Source of the DNA: Octopus vulgaris
Taxonomy: Eukaryota
DNA: 64,000 bases
Reading direction: 5' to 3'
Assembly: GCA_951406725.2 (NCBI GenBank)
Contig: OX597817.1
Location: 174,096,001-174,160,000 of the forward strand
A model generated the notes under the pieces. That model had not been told where the DNA came from, made no database searches, and saw nothing but the letters and a program-made list of their open reading frames with translations. The position numbers were made by a program, and so were the translations under genes. Shown in pieces: positions 52,280-64,000 of the stretch (its first letter is position 1; the number at the start of each line of letters is the position of its first letter).

Positions 52280-52620
52280 TTAGTGGCACATAATTAAGCA
52301 AATGGTTAGAAAACAGCACAGCTCCCATGACTTTCGGAAACATTTTTTCACGCTAAGAGTTGCTGAAGCATGGAGCAGACTGCCGGCATCAATTGTTAGT
52401 TGTTGGAGCACTGCATCCTTCAAAACTTCCATGCTTCCTGATTCGCCAACACTACACCTGATTTTCTCCCCTCCATACTCACGCAAGCATGTATCTGACT
52501 CATACACTGTTCACTTTCCAGACATTTCTACATTACTACATATAAATTATACACACTTTTAACAAGTTGTGGTGCACCTGAGCACTGTATACAATAATTT
52601 CATTATTATTTTATTATTAT
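52280..52620 (+). mobile_element. CR1/L2-group LINE 3' end
   Basis: RKHFFTLRVAEAWSRLPASIV...SFK matches the C-terminal motif FF..RV...WN.LP..VV...S...FK. (ATT)n tail. Confidence 0.75.
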
Positions 52621-54949
52621 AAATTTTATAGACTGCATAAGCACAAATCTAACTGGAAATAATTGTGCCCATGGAATTGAACCACACATACACAAGCAAT
52701 AGGCTTCTGCACAGTTTCCCCTTCAACAAAATTTCACTCACAAAGCATTGGTTAACACAAGTCTTGTTGAAGACAACTTGCCCAATGAACCACTCAGAGC
52801 TGTGGGGTTGTGTGAAGTGAACTTATTAATCATGTAACCATGACAGTATCTAATTTTCCAGTTGCTCTCCCAGAAATTTTGTTATTTTTGTGTTCAGTGA
52901 AGTTCTTTTTAAAAGATATATTTCTAACAAATTATGTTTGCAAACACTTTAAGACCTCTATTAGTTATGTCAGTGGATTAATAGCTACATACATTGCAAA
53001 CACTTATTGCACTTTTGATATTCTTTTCTACTCTAGGCACAAGGCCCAAAATTTTGGGGGAGGCGGGGGGGGGGCGCAGTCGATTAGATCGATCCCAGTA
53101 CGCAACTGGTACTTAATTTATCAACCCCAAAAGAATGAAAAACAATGTTGACCTCGGCAGAATTCTACCGCTAAGCATTTTGCCTACCATGCTAACGTTT
53201 GGTGCCAGCTCATCACCTTCTTGCATTTTTAATCTGAAGAACATGAAGATGGTGAGTTGGCAGAATCCTTAGCACTTTGGGCAAAATGGTTAATGGCATT
53301 TCGTCTGTCCTTACGTTCTGAGTTCAAATTCTGCCAAGGTTGACTTTGCTTTTCATTCTTTCGAGGTTGATAAAATAAGTACCAGTTGGACACTGAGGTC
53401 AATGTAATTGACTTCCCTCTTCTCCCCCAAATTGCTGGCATTGTACCAAAATTTGAAATCAATTTAGAACAATATACTTTTAACATTTAGTTTATATGAA
53501 GAAGTAATGGGGAAAAAGAAATGGAATTACCACTGAAATTCTAGATTACAATTAGTTAAACGTGGAGTAATTATTCTGTTGTTTACTTTGAATGCAGTTT
53601 TCTAAAATTCCCATAAGGACACCCAATTTTGGAAGGAGTATGTGATTGATTAATCAAACATATTACGGAGAAGTACTTGCATAGCGAGTGACTTGATCTG
53701 AGATTGTGTGCTGGAACAAAAATAATTGCAGCATAGAAGGTGCTTATAAGCCATTTAAGAAACACACAAAACCGTTAGATTCACTTCAACATTTAAATTT
53801 AATTTGTCAAAATACTTTCGTCACTTTGAGACCGCGACCTCTGCACTGACAAAACTTTGTGCTGCATCACGAAGTTTTGTTGTAATCAAACATATTCCTT
53901 GACTAATGCTTTATTTTATTGACTCCCTGGAAGGATGAATGCTAAAGTTGATCCTGATGTAATTTTAGTTCAGAACATAATGGCTCTGCAATTAAATCCT
54001 CCAAAACACTTTGTTCAATGTTTTCAAAATTCTTTCTGTTGATTACTTTCCTAACAGTGCCTTTCAATAACTGTAGAACGTTTGAGAAGTGACTGCTACT
54101 GAAGGGAGGCAACTGTAACTTTTTCTGATATTTAATAATCAATGAATTTTCTTTATGCAAAAGATTAATAGGGACCTGTAAGTTCTGTTTAATTTTTAAA
54201 AATAACATTTTCATAATTTCAGAATAGATTAAGCATAGATAAATGTAGCAAGTGCATTCATATATGTAAAAACATACTCATTTAACTAGTGACTGTGAAC
54301 CTCACTAGTTAAATGAAGATAAAATAATGTCACGCAAATTCAGTGATGATCTATCCATTACTGTTAGAGAAAACATGTTGTGGCATAATCAACATGAGCT
54401 TCCTATAAGGGTTACTTCAAGGAACCTTCATTATTTTTTTTATATACATATATTTTGAAGAAATTTTAAGATTTTTACTTTCTTGCTGATTTCTTTGTGT
54501 TTATTTATTTTTGCAAATTCAGTCACCATAGGCCAAACTATTGGCTGGAGATAAAAGCAATTAATTCTCAAAATAAAATTCTAGACTTCATTGATTTATA
54601 ATATGATTGATACCTACTTAAATGATACTGTACTATACTTGTATACTGTGTAGTAATGTGAAATTAATAGAAATGAAAAATACATCTAGCACAGGCATAA
54701 ACTGATTGAAGTAAATTTTTTATCAACTATCCAATAAATTTGTTTCAATTTTTTCCATAAGAAATTATTTTTATGTACATATATATTTATATATTATTCT
54801 TTCTTTTTTTATTTTTCTATGCAACTTTATCTTGATTTCAATTTTGCTTTTACTATTTATTATGTTTGCTTTCTATTTATGTGTCTGTCTGTCTGTCTGT
54901 CTGTTGTTCAAAAGAACAAAAGGAGTAACCATAATCTTAACAGACCTTT

Positions 54950-56942
54950 CATCATCGTTTAATGTCCGTTTTCCGCGCTAGCAAAGGTTGGGCGGTTCGA
55001 CCGGGGTCTGGGAAGCTAGGGGCTGCACCAGGCTCCAGTCTGATCTGGCAGAGTTTCTACAGCTGGATGCCCTTCCTAATGCCAACCACTCCGCGAGTGT
55101 AGTGGGTGCTTTTTACATGCCACCTGCACAGGTGCCAGGGGGGTCCGGCATCGGTCACGATCAGTTGGAGCTTTTAACATGCCACCGGCATGGAAGCCAG
55201 CCAAGGCGGCGCTGGCAATGGCCACGTTTGTATGGTGCTTTTTATGTGCCACCGGCACAGAAGCCAGTCGGGGTGGTGCTGGCATTGGCCACGTTTGGAT
55301 GGTGCTTTTTATGTGCTACTGGCACAGAAGCCAGTCGAGGCGGCGCTGGAAATGGCCACGTTCGGATGATGCTTTTTATGTGCCACCGACACAGGTATCA
55401 CAACTACTATTTCCATTGATATTTATTTCGATGTTCATGTACATGCACTTGACTCAACAGGTCTCCTCAAGAACAGCGGGACGTTCTGGAATCCAGGGTA
55501 CTTTGAATGGGCAGGGGCTATGCGGAACTGGTGCAGGAAGCAGCCCAGGTCTTTGCAGTCACAGCATATCTCCAGAGATCTCGGTCCTTCGCCATTGCCT
55601 CAGTGAGGCTCAACGCTCTGAGGTCAAGCTTGACTACCTCATCCCATGTCTTCCTGGGTCTACCTCTCCCCCTGATACCTTCAACTGTTTGGGAGTGGCA
55701 CTTCTTCACATCTCTCCTCATCCATCCGCAGTACATGACCATACCATCGCAAGCGTCGCTCTTGCACACCACATCTGATGCTTCTTATGTCCAGCATTTC
55801 TCTCAGGATGCTTACACTCTGTCGTGCGTGCACACTGACATTACACATCCAGCGGATCATGCTAGCTTCATTTCTTTCAAGTCTACGCATGTCTTCTTTA
55901 GTCACAGCCCATGTTTCACTACTGTGAAGCATGGCAGTTCGCACACATGCATCATACAATCTACCTTTCATTCTGAGCGAGAGACCCTTTGTCGCCAGTA
56001 GGGGTAGGAGCTTTCTGAACTTTGCCTAGGCTATTCGTATTCTAGTGGTGATACTCTCTGAGCATCCATCTCCACTACTAACTTGGTCACCCAGGTAGCG
56101 GAAACTATCAACTACTTCTAGTTTCTCCCCCTGGAGTGTGATGGAATCTGTTTTCTGAGTGTCTGTGGTGTCTATTGTCCCTGTGCATCTGCCACACATG
56201 AAAGCTATCTTATCAGTTAATTTCCCTTTGATGTTGCTGCACCTCTTATGCGTCCATAGCTTACACTGGGTGCATCTTATGGAGTTTCTACCTACACCTT
56301 TCCTACAGATCGAGCAGGGCCACCTGTCCGATGGGGTGTGTGCTGAGTTCGCCTTTCTGCTTACTATAACTTTGGTCTTTGCTACATTTACTCTAAGGCC
56401 CTTTGATTCTAACCCTTGCTTCCACACCCGAAATTTCTTTTCTAGTTCCGGTAGTTATTCTGCTATAAGAGCAAGGTCATCAGCATAGTGAAGCTCCCAG
56501 GGGCATCCTGTTTTGAATTCCTCTGTTATTGTCTGGAGGACTATGATGAATAAAAGGGGACTGAGGGCTGAGCCTTGGTGTACACCTACTTCTACCTGGA
56601 ATTCTTCACTATATTCGTTGCCAATCCTAACCTTGCTGACAGCCTCTCTGTATAGAGCCTGTACAGCCCTTATTAGCCATTCGTCAATCTCCAGTTTCCG
56701 CATCGACCACCAGATAATGGATCGGGGAACCCTGTCAAAGGCTTTCTCCAAGTCCACAAAAGCTATGTAGAGGGGTTTATCTTTAGCTAGGTACTTCTCC
56801 TGCAGTTGTCGGACCAGGAATATAGCATCAGTGGTGCTTCTACCCGGCACAAAACCGAACTGCATCTCATCTACGCAAATTCTCTCCCTAATGAGATGGG
56901 ATTATGACCCTCTCTGTGACCTTCATCACCTGATCCAACAGT
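54950..56942 (-). mobile_element. RTE LINE 3' 2 kb, the best-preserved copy
   Basis: QFGFVPGRSTTDAIF, FVDLEKAFDRVP, GVHQGSALSPLLF, YADD, WPCSIC...CTQC...HKRC...CGRC (PHD-like zinc finger), FRYLGD and RGRPRKTW, with few frameshifts. Confidence 0.96.
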
Positions 56943-59674
56943 AATTCCACCCAGAAGCTTCTGCGCATATTTAAATTTTCATTAAGCTAAGAATCTAAAG
57001 GAGATTAACAAAGTCAGAAGAAATCAACCAGACTTGGTAGTAATTGTTGAAAGCTGAAGTTCTCCCAGATCAAAACTTTGACTCTCAACCTTTTGAAATG
57101 AATATATTTTAATCTGCCATGCATTTGCAAAGTTAGGTTCAAGTCGATCTCCACTTCTCGATGGACACCTCTGTATCATTGGATTTGTGTCTAGTCTAAA
57201 GAAATCAGTTTCACTAAGCTGTTGATTAAAAGAGATTGAGTGATTATTTGTGATAAGTGCTGTCAAGGAAGTTCCTTGGCATTGTCTTGTATATGACCTT
57301 GGTTGTAGCCACCACATCTTGTTTCTAAGCTTTCATGTGAACTGTTTTATTTTATAGATAGAATTTATGAAGTTTCAAACTGATGTAGCATAATTTTCTA
57401 CTTGCGTATATAGTTTAATTATTATTAAATATCTTCTGAATTGATTTCCTGTAAACAAAGACTTTTTGAAGTAATATTCAAACTTAAAACCGTGACTAAT
57501 TTTTAACAAGAACATATGGTATTGGTGTACGTATGTAATCTGTGAAGTAAAAATAACAATAGTAACAACTGTTTTTAATTTAGGCATGAGGCTAACAGCT
57601 TTGAGGAGAAATGGTTAGTCTATACCATTGACCTCAGTATTTGACTTGTGCTTCATTCTATTGACCCTGTAGAGATAAAAAGTGAAGTTGACTATGGCAG
57701 GATTTGAACTCAGAAAGTAAAGTTGAAAGAAACACCACAAAGCATTTTGCTTGACACTCTGATCCCACTTGCTCGCTGGCTTAATAACAACAACAATGAC
57801 GGCATTTTAGTTTAGTCACATTGAAGAAGGGATATAGCCATTGCACTTGCAAGCTCTTCCAGATTGGTTTGGCCATTACAGTTGACATTCAGCTTGAATT
57901 CTGTTGCTGATATTTAGGGGGTTTACTGGGAAGATAATGCTGTTTTGGAGTGAAAGTATTGGGCCAAGTGCTTAGCACAGGATCTGACAGCTAAAACACT
58001 GTTAGGATAAAGAAGGAGAGGTGGGTGCATCAAAGGGTTTAGGTATGGTTCACAGAGGTGTAGAAACGTTTAGAAGAAATACAATTGTGCACACAGCTTG
58101 TTAGTTTATTGGTTGTTATTGTGTGTTGGTTAGTGAACACTTGCTTATTATGCTTTATAGGATGTGAAGCTGTTCAGGATTGGGGTAGCTGTTGTTGTTA
58201 AGCGACAAGACGAGTAAGGGTGATTAGGTGATGGTCTAGAGCTTAGGGGCAGGAGACTCCAGACCTTGGGGGGAAAAAAAACTTTGGTTGTCTTGTTGTA
58301 GCCAAGGGCTCTTCGTTGACGCCCGACACCAGTGGGAGGTGACCCTCGAAGTCACTGGAAATGGAGATCTCCAAGTCCAGACAGACAGACAGAGGCTATG
58401 TGTTACTGCTTTTGGGATTATGCTGTTTTGTCCTTAAAGAAAAAAGGGCCTATACAGTCTTTGTTTGTGGAAGTCATGCTGGAGGTGTCCTGATTGTGTG
58501 CTGCATCTAACAAAGAAAGTAGTTTACTCCTTGTTTAATGGTGATAGCCAAAACATTGTTAGAAATGGTCAGCGTGCTGAGCAAAAGTAATTATTATTTC
58601 GCACTTGGAAAATTGTGCGTATCATATTGGGACATTCAATGGATTCAGATGGAAAAGGCATGCCTGGAGTGGATGTGTTCTATGTGCACGTGTGTGCTTT
58701 ACAGAGCAAAGTTCAATGCCAAATGGAGAGCGAATGTAATGACTTTGTAGGAATATAGCTGATAGTATCAATGAAGAGAATTCCATGAAGTTTGTTAAGA
58801 TATTCTTGGCAAGGTCAGACTACATTTAGGAAGCGACAGATGTGACAGTCTATGTTGCATGAAAGTATCATTTACTCCTCTGATATTGTGCAGATGTTCT
58901 GATAGTGTATAGATGCCTCCTAATTGGTGATGGTTTGGTGATTTTCTTCAGGTACTGTGTAACTAGAGGTGATTTCCTCAGTATTGTTGTACAAACTATT
59001 TGTATAATAAATGATGTTTGCTTTGTTCTCAAAAAAAAAAGTATAAGTGTTTAATTAAAAATAAAAATAATTATTTTTTCCTTTTCTTTTTTCTTTATGG
59101 CTGTTTATAATAAATTTAATTTAATCAGATTTTTTGGAATATTATCTGTAAAAATTGTTTTATTTATTTATTTATTTTTACACATTCTCAAAGCAGTTCT
59201 AAATAGAAAAAAACCCAAAAGTTTTCAAGGGGCCGGAATAATTATAATATTTGATATCCAAATTATATTTGAAAATTTTCAAGTTTAAGCTAAAACTAAT
59301 TATTTCAGAACTTGAGCTGTTAGGTTTAATTACATTTAAGTCATGTATCTATCTTTTTTTTTTAAACTCATGTTGCTTTCTTTCAATAAATATTCTGATG
59401 ACAGTTATTTAATCTCAAAACTTATTTCAAAATCTAAATTCAAATCCCTTTGCATTTTTGCAGCAATTGCTTCATAATGGTTCTAAAATTAGTTGATCAA
59501 ATTGAATGACTCATTTTCAAAGACTGCACTCAGTAATCTTTCGACAGAAATTTGTAAAGAGAAGCAGGAGGGTACCTTTCTTAAAGATCTGATTGAAGGG
59601 AAAACAGCTCCTCTGTATAACATTTTTAAAAAATCCTTTAATCCTTTATTTTTTTTTTTTAATTTTCTTTTTAG

Positions 59675-59713
59675 CTTTTCAGTCAAGACACTCCAACTGG
59701 ATGGCAAGATTCG
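59675..59713 (+). CDS. HSF1: Probable 39-nt HSF exon following HR-C
   Basis: Long T tract then ttttag|CTT TTC AGT CAA GAC ACT CCA ACT GGA TGG CAA GAT TCG|gtaata. Encodes LFSQDTPTGWQDS and continues ...LLS|LFS, as in the HSF LLDLFS motif. Confidence 0.75.
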
Positions 59714-60375
59714 GTAATAAATTTTGTGTTCAGTAGTTTTATTTTCATTTCTAACCCAATTCCTGCCAAGGCCCTCTTAAAACCTCCACATGCTAATTAA
59801 TGCTCCTGTAAAAGTTTAGGATATTTTATCGTTAGTTATTTTATTGTCAGCTTCACTATCATCATTTCATGGAGTGAAAAATGAACAGGCCACCATTTGA
59901 AGATGTCTTGTTTATGTAGTATATTGTTGAGAGCAAATCCGTTTAGCTGAGCCAATCTCTCTCTCTCTGATATCGACAACAACAAGAAACCACAAATGTC
60001 TCAAGTAGATGAAATGAAAAAAACTTTAAACATGCCACAGATCCACATTACTACCATTCCACAGCTTGTAATGCCTCAGAAAAATCAGCTTCTTTTTTTA
60101 TCTGATAATTCTGTATAATGTGACCAGCTAAAGATTGGAATGGATATTAAAGAAAGTTGTAGAGTTCACATCATCTCATTTCTCCTCTTCTATAAATCTG
60201 AGCTCTTTTTGCCTATTGGTATTTATGAAGTCACATATCTTTCAATTTGTGAAGTTAAGTTGATGTGCATCCTTTCTACCAACATGTGTCAGTCCTTGTT
60301 TTGTACATTGAATACATGAGGCAATTCATTATAGAAAACCCACTGGCATCTAGTATTAAATTATTATTATTATTA

Positions 60376-60831
60376 AGGCTGTGAGCTGGCAGAATCGTTA
60401 GTGCACCAGACAAAATACTTAGCGGTATTTTGTCCATCGCTATGGTCTTAATTCAAATCCCACCAAGGTCGACTTTACCTTTCATCCCTTCAGGGGTCAA
60501 TAAAATAAATACCAGTTGAACACTGAGGTTGATGTAATCAACTCATCCCCCCTTCCCCAAGATTGCTGCCCTTGTGGCAAAATTTGAAACCATTATTATT
60601 ATTACTGTTATTATTAAGGTAGCAAGCTAGCAGAGTTGTTAGCATGCCACACAAAATGCTTAGCAGCATTCCCTCTGTCTTTACATTCTGAGTTCAAATT
60701 CTGCCGAGGTCAACTTTGCTTTTCATCCTTTTGGGGTCGATAAATTAAGTACCAGTTGCATACTGGTGGTCAATCTGATCGACTGGCCCCCTTCCCCAAA
60801 ATTTCAGACTTTGTGCCTATAGGAGAAAGGA

Positions 60832-60833
<2 letters not shown>
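60376..60833 (+). mobile_element. Two tandem family C SINEs ending in (ATT)n
   Basis: GAGCTGGCAGAATCGTTAG head and CCTTTCATCC core, each present twice. Confidence 0.8.
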
Positions 60834-60875
<42 letters not shown>

Positions 60876-61369
60876 GAGTGAGAGAGCAGTACATGCAATC
60901 CAAGTGACACTGGGGTAAAATATATGAAGCCCAGTATACCCATCATGACAACCAGTCTGATAAGGGTACACCAAGCACATGCATCACAACCATATGTGCA
61001 CATCATGGTGATCTCGTATCAAGACAAACAGAGCATGACCTTGCAGGTGAGGCCCAGTTAGAATTTTCTTCAGGGCAAGTAGCCCATCCTGCTCAAAAGG
61101 TCCCTGAATAAGGGTCATTTAAGGATGTTGAATGAAGCACCCATGTTTCCAGAGGTGAATTATTCAAACCCCAAAGAATCCCTCTCAACACATGGCTATG
61201 ATGCTCCCCTACTACTTCTGATCGTGATCATAGATGCACATATCGTCAGCCACTAAGGGACATGCTCAACTGGTTAAGGTCAAACAACTGGCAAGCAAAT
61301 CTGTGGTGTTGAGCAGAATATTTACTGTAGCCCATCTTTTATACCAAGACAAAACAATTCTTATTCTTG

Positions 61370-61417
<48 letters not shown>

Positions 61418-61861
61418 GAGTGAGAGGGTAGTGCATGCCATCAAAGTGACACTGGGATACAAGTATACGAAGCCCAATATACCCATCATGACTACTCAGG
61501 TGATAAGGGTATACCAAGCATGTGCACAACAGGGTGATCTCGTATCAAGATAAACAGTGCATGACCTTGCAGGTGGGGTCCAGTTAGAATTTTCTTCAGG
61601 TCGAGTAGCCCATCCTGCTCAAAAGGTCCCTGAATAAGGGTTGTTTAAGGATGATGAACAAAACATCCATGTATCCAAAGGTGAATTATCCAAACCCCAA
61701 AGAATCCCTCTCAACTCATGGCTATGATGCTTCCTTACTACTTCTACTGATGATCAGAGATGCGGATTATCATCAGCCACTAAGGGACATGCTCAACTGG
61801 TTAAGGTCATAGAACTGACAAGCAAACCTGTGGTATTGAGCAGAATATTTGCTGTAGCCCA

Positions 61862-61862
<1 letters not shown>
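60876..61862 (-). mobile_element. Two head-to-tail copies (60876-~61360, 61418-61862) of a ~450-bp retroposon 3' end separated by (ATT)n
   Basis: Both start GAGTGAGAG.G.AGT.CATG..ATC.AAGTGACACTGGG and run to GAGCAGAATATTT.CTGTAGCCCAT. Confidence 0.75.
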
Positions 61863-61895
<33 letters not shown>

Positions 61896-62834
61896 TCTAA
61901 TATTCCTTTAAAAAAAAAAGTAGTTTCTATCTGATTATAAATACCTTGAATTAAGTATTTCCATATAAGTTTAAAGTAGTGTGTGTATGAGAGAGAGAGA
62001 GAGAGAGAGAGTATTTAGGTATCTTGTCACTTAATATAAAAAACCCTCATTTCTAGAATTCTCTCTTTTATGCAACAAAAATGTGAAATTGAATCATTAA
62101 AGAATGCTAGTAGCAGCAGCAGCAGCAGCCCACATGTTCTCCGCAACCCCCTCACATGTACACCCTTTTGCCTGTTTGTATTTTGCTCATATTCTTTTAT
62201 CATCCTACTGGTCGGGTAGTTTCACAGCCACTTTCCATACGGTGCTCATTTTAATACTAATGTCACAGTAACCACGATCGTGTTATTGTAGTGCTGCTCC
62301 TGCTGCTGCCGAGGATGACGTAACAGACATCAATATTCTCAGTCTCCCCCCCCTCATCTTTTTAACTGAAAAACCGATTTAATTTCATGTGTTTTACTAC
62401 TTTTGTTGCTACCTTTATCTAACATACGTACATACCTCTGGTCTGCTGTCACTAAACTGATGTAAACTGTGTATGCGTTATTCTAACAGTGCAGTTATAC
62501 AGCTTCGTATATGATTCAACACCCATCCCTGTATATTTCCATCTTTCACAAGCCTTCCAGCATAATATAAACATTTTCAGGCAATTTCTTGTGTTGCTAG
62601 TTCCTACACTATCATGTTTTAGGAAGGTGGTGTAGGTGGTGGTGGTGGTGGTTGGTTCTCCACCACCACCACCTACACACACCTGTTGTAGTGTTGTAAT
62701 TGGCTTCACAAGCTTTCGAAACACCTCAGTTCCAGCCAATGAGAAGAAGGCTGTTCTATATGGTTTCTTCAGCTGTTAGAAATAACTGGCAAAATCTCAT
62801 TCAAATACTCCTCCTCCTCCTCCTCCTTGTCATT

Positions 62835-63115
62835 CCTCTTTTACTCTTTTCAGTCATTTGACTGCGGCCATGCTAGAGCACTGCTTTTTAGTCGAACAAA
62901 TAATCGACTAAATAATTATTTAGTCAAATAAGCCCCCAGGACTTATTCTTTGTAAGCCTAGTACTTATTCTGTCAGTTTCTTTTGCCGAACTGCTAAGTT
63001 ATGGGGAAATAAATACACCAACATCGGTTGTCAAGCGATGGTGGGAGGACAAACAACACAGACATGCCAACACACACACACACACACACATATATGACAA
63101 GTGTCTTTCAGTTTC
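62835..63115 (-). mobile_element. Family A SINE 3' part
   Basis: CTCTTTTACTCTTTTCAGTCATTTGACTGCGGCCATGC, the reverse complement of the tail. Confidence 0.8.
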
Positions 63116-64000
63116 TTATAATAGTGAACTGTAATCATATTATGATGTCTACTTAATTAGATGAACTTAGTCTTTAAGTGTTGAGTGTGTTGGCCATAGG
63201 AGCAATGCAGTACCAACAGGAGGATCTGAATTGTTGATCTCTTCACTGTTTGTTAGGTATCTGTTGATCTCAACCAACCCTGCTCATTTTGTAAACTTGT
63301 GTAGCCATAGATAAAGAATAGTCCGTGGAAAGGAGTAAGGACCATAGCTTTTACAGACCTTCTTAAATTGGCAGATAGAGATGACATTGAGCTTAATTAG
63401 GTAATGTTCAGGTTGAGCTTTTGCATGTTACGTTTGCGGTTAGAAGGTCAGCCAGATCAGGGAGGGAACACGAGAAAGTTGCAGTTTGGGTAGTGTTTGT
63501 TGTATGCTGTGGGTGGTGAAGGGAGGGGTGGGAGGTGGACAGTATTTAGTGAATGAGTTCAATGGTATAGCAAATATTACAATCAAGGTACATAAGACAT
63601 TGAGGGCATGTCAGATGTTGCTGTGTGTTGGTATGTGAACAAACACACACACATGTAAATTACAGAAGCGAAATCAGTTTCTGATCTTTTTAATTGTTCT
63701 TGTTCCATGAAATTATTGCAATACTGCTGTTGGTATTTTACTATTGGTTTTGGAAGTAATAAAAATAGTAAGTGCTGACTTAATTTGTTTTTAGTTACTG
63801 AAAAATCAGTTTCATTTGAACTCTCATCTTTTTCAATACACCAGAGTAACCAATGCATTCAGAAATTGTATCTGCTGTAAGGTCAAGAAATTTGCTTCAC
63901 AACCATGTGGTTTCAGGTTCAATCCCTCTGCATGGCACTAGTTCTCATGTTTCTGATGAAATATACTGCTTCTGTTTCAGTTGGTTTTGGAAGTAATAAA

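Noticed and set aside
53812-53880. Minus-strand GTCGC...GTGAC-GAAA stem and an adjacent 13-bp hairpin (53849-53880)
   Set aside because: No CUGANGA box is present. It is probably internal to a dispersed repeat.
54950-56942. Possible active LINE or domesticated RT gene
   Set aside because: It is 5'-truncated within the RT, lacks an endonuclease domain, and contains frameshifts and stops.
59464-59717. Alternative acceptor ttttgcag at 59463 and ORF 59493-59717
   Set aside because: The phase-0 reading stops after 10 codons, and the ORF is in a different frame from the LFS exon with no HSF similarity.
28-64000. Most short ORFs in the supplied track (YIYI, THTH, WCFLCATG types)
   Set aside because: They derive from microsatellites, SINEs or LINE UTR repeats.

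Overview
AT-rich, repeat-dense animal genomic DNA. The SINE/RTE repertoire and the (TA)n/(CA)n/(ATT)n microsatellites suggest an octopus (inference). The whole window lies inside one + strand gene encoding a heat shock transcription factor (HSF1-like). I could place nine internal coding exons with GT-AG boundaries and compatible phases: 9238-9362 (end of DNA-binding domain); 20253-20377, 23036-23111 and 27574-27759 (HR-A/B trimerisation region and NLS); 32204-32374, 35185-35327 and a 30-nt microexon 35722-35751 (regulatory region); 42655-42766 (HR-C); 59675-59713. The first and last exons appear to lie outside the window. The introns hold decayed RTE, CR1/L2-type and CRE-like LINEs, several tRNA-derived SINE families, mariner, piggyBac-like and hAT MITEs, and Penelope-like fragments. 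The leading candidates for a second look are: an alternative terminal exon that would truncate HSF before HR-C; a 98-unit self-complementary 18-bp minisatellite about 100 nt upstream of an exon; two frame-preserving microexons; inverted repeats flanking the NLS exon; a degenerate hammerhead ribozyme inside a fold-back; and several near-perfect intronic hairpins. There are no prokaryotic systems or CRISPR arrays. Repeat boundaries are approximate and were read by eye.
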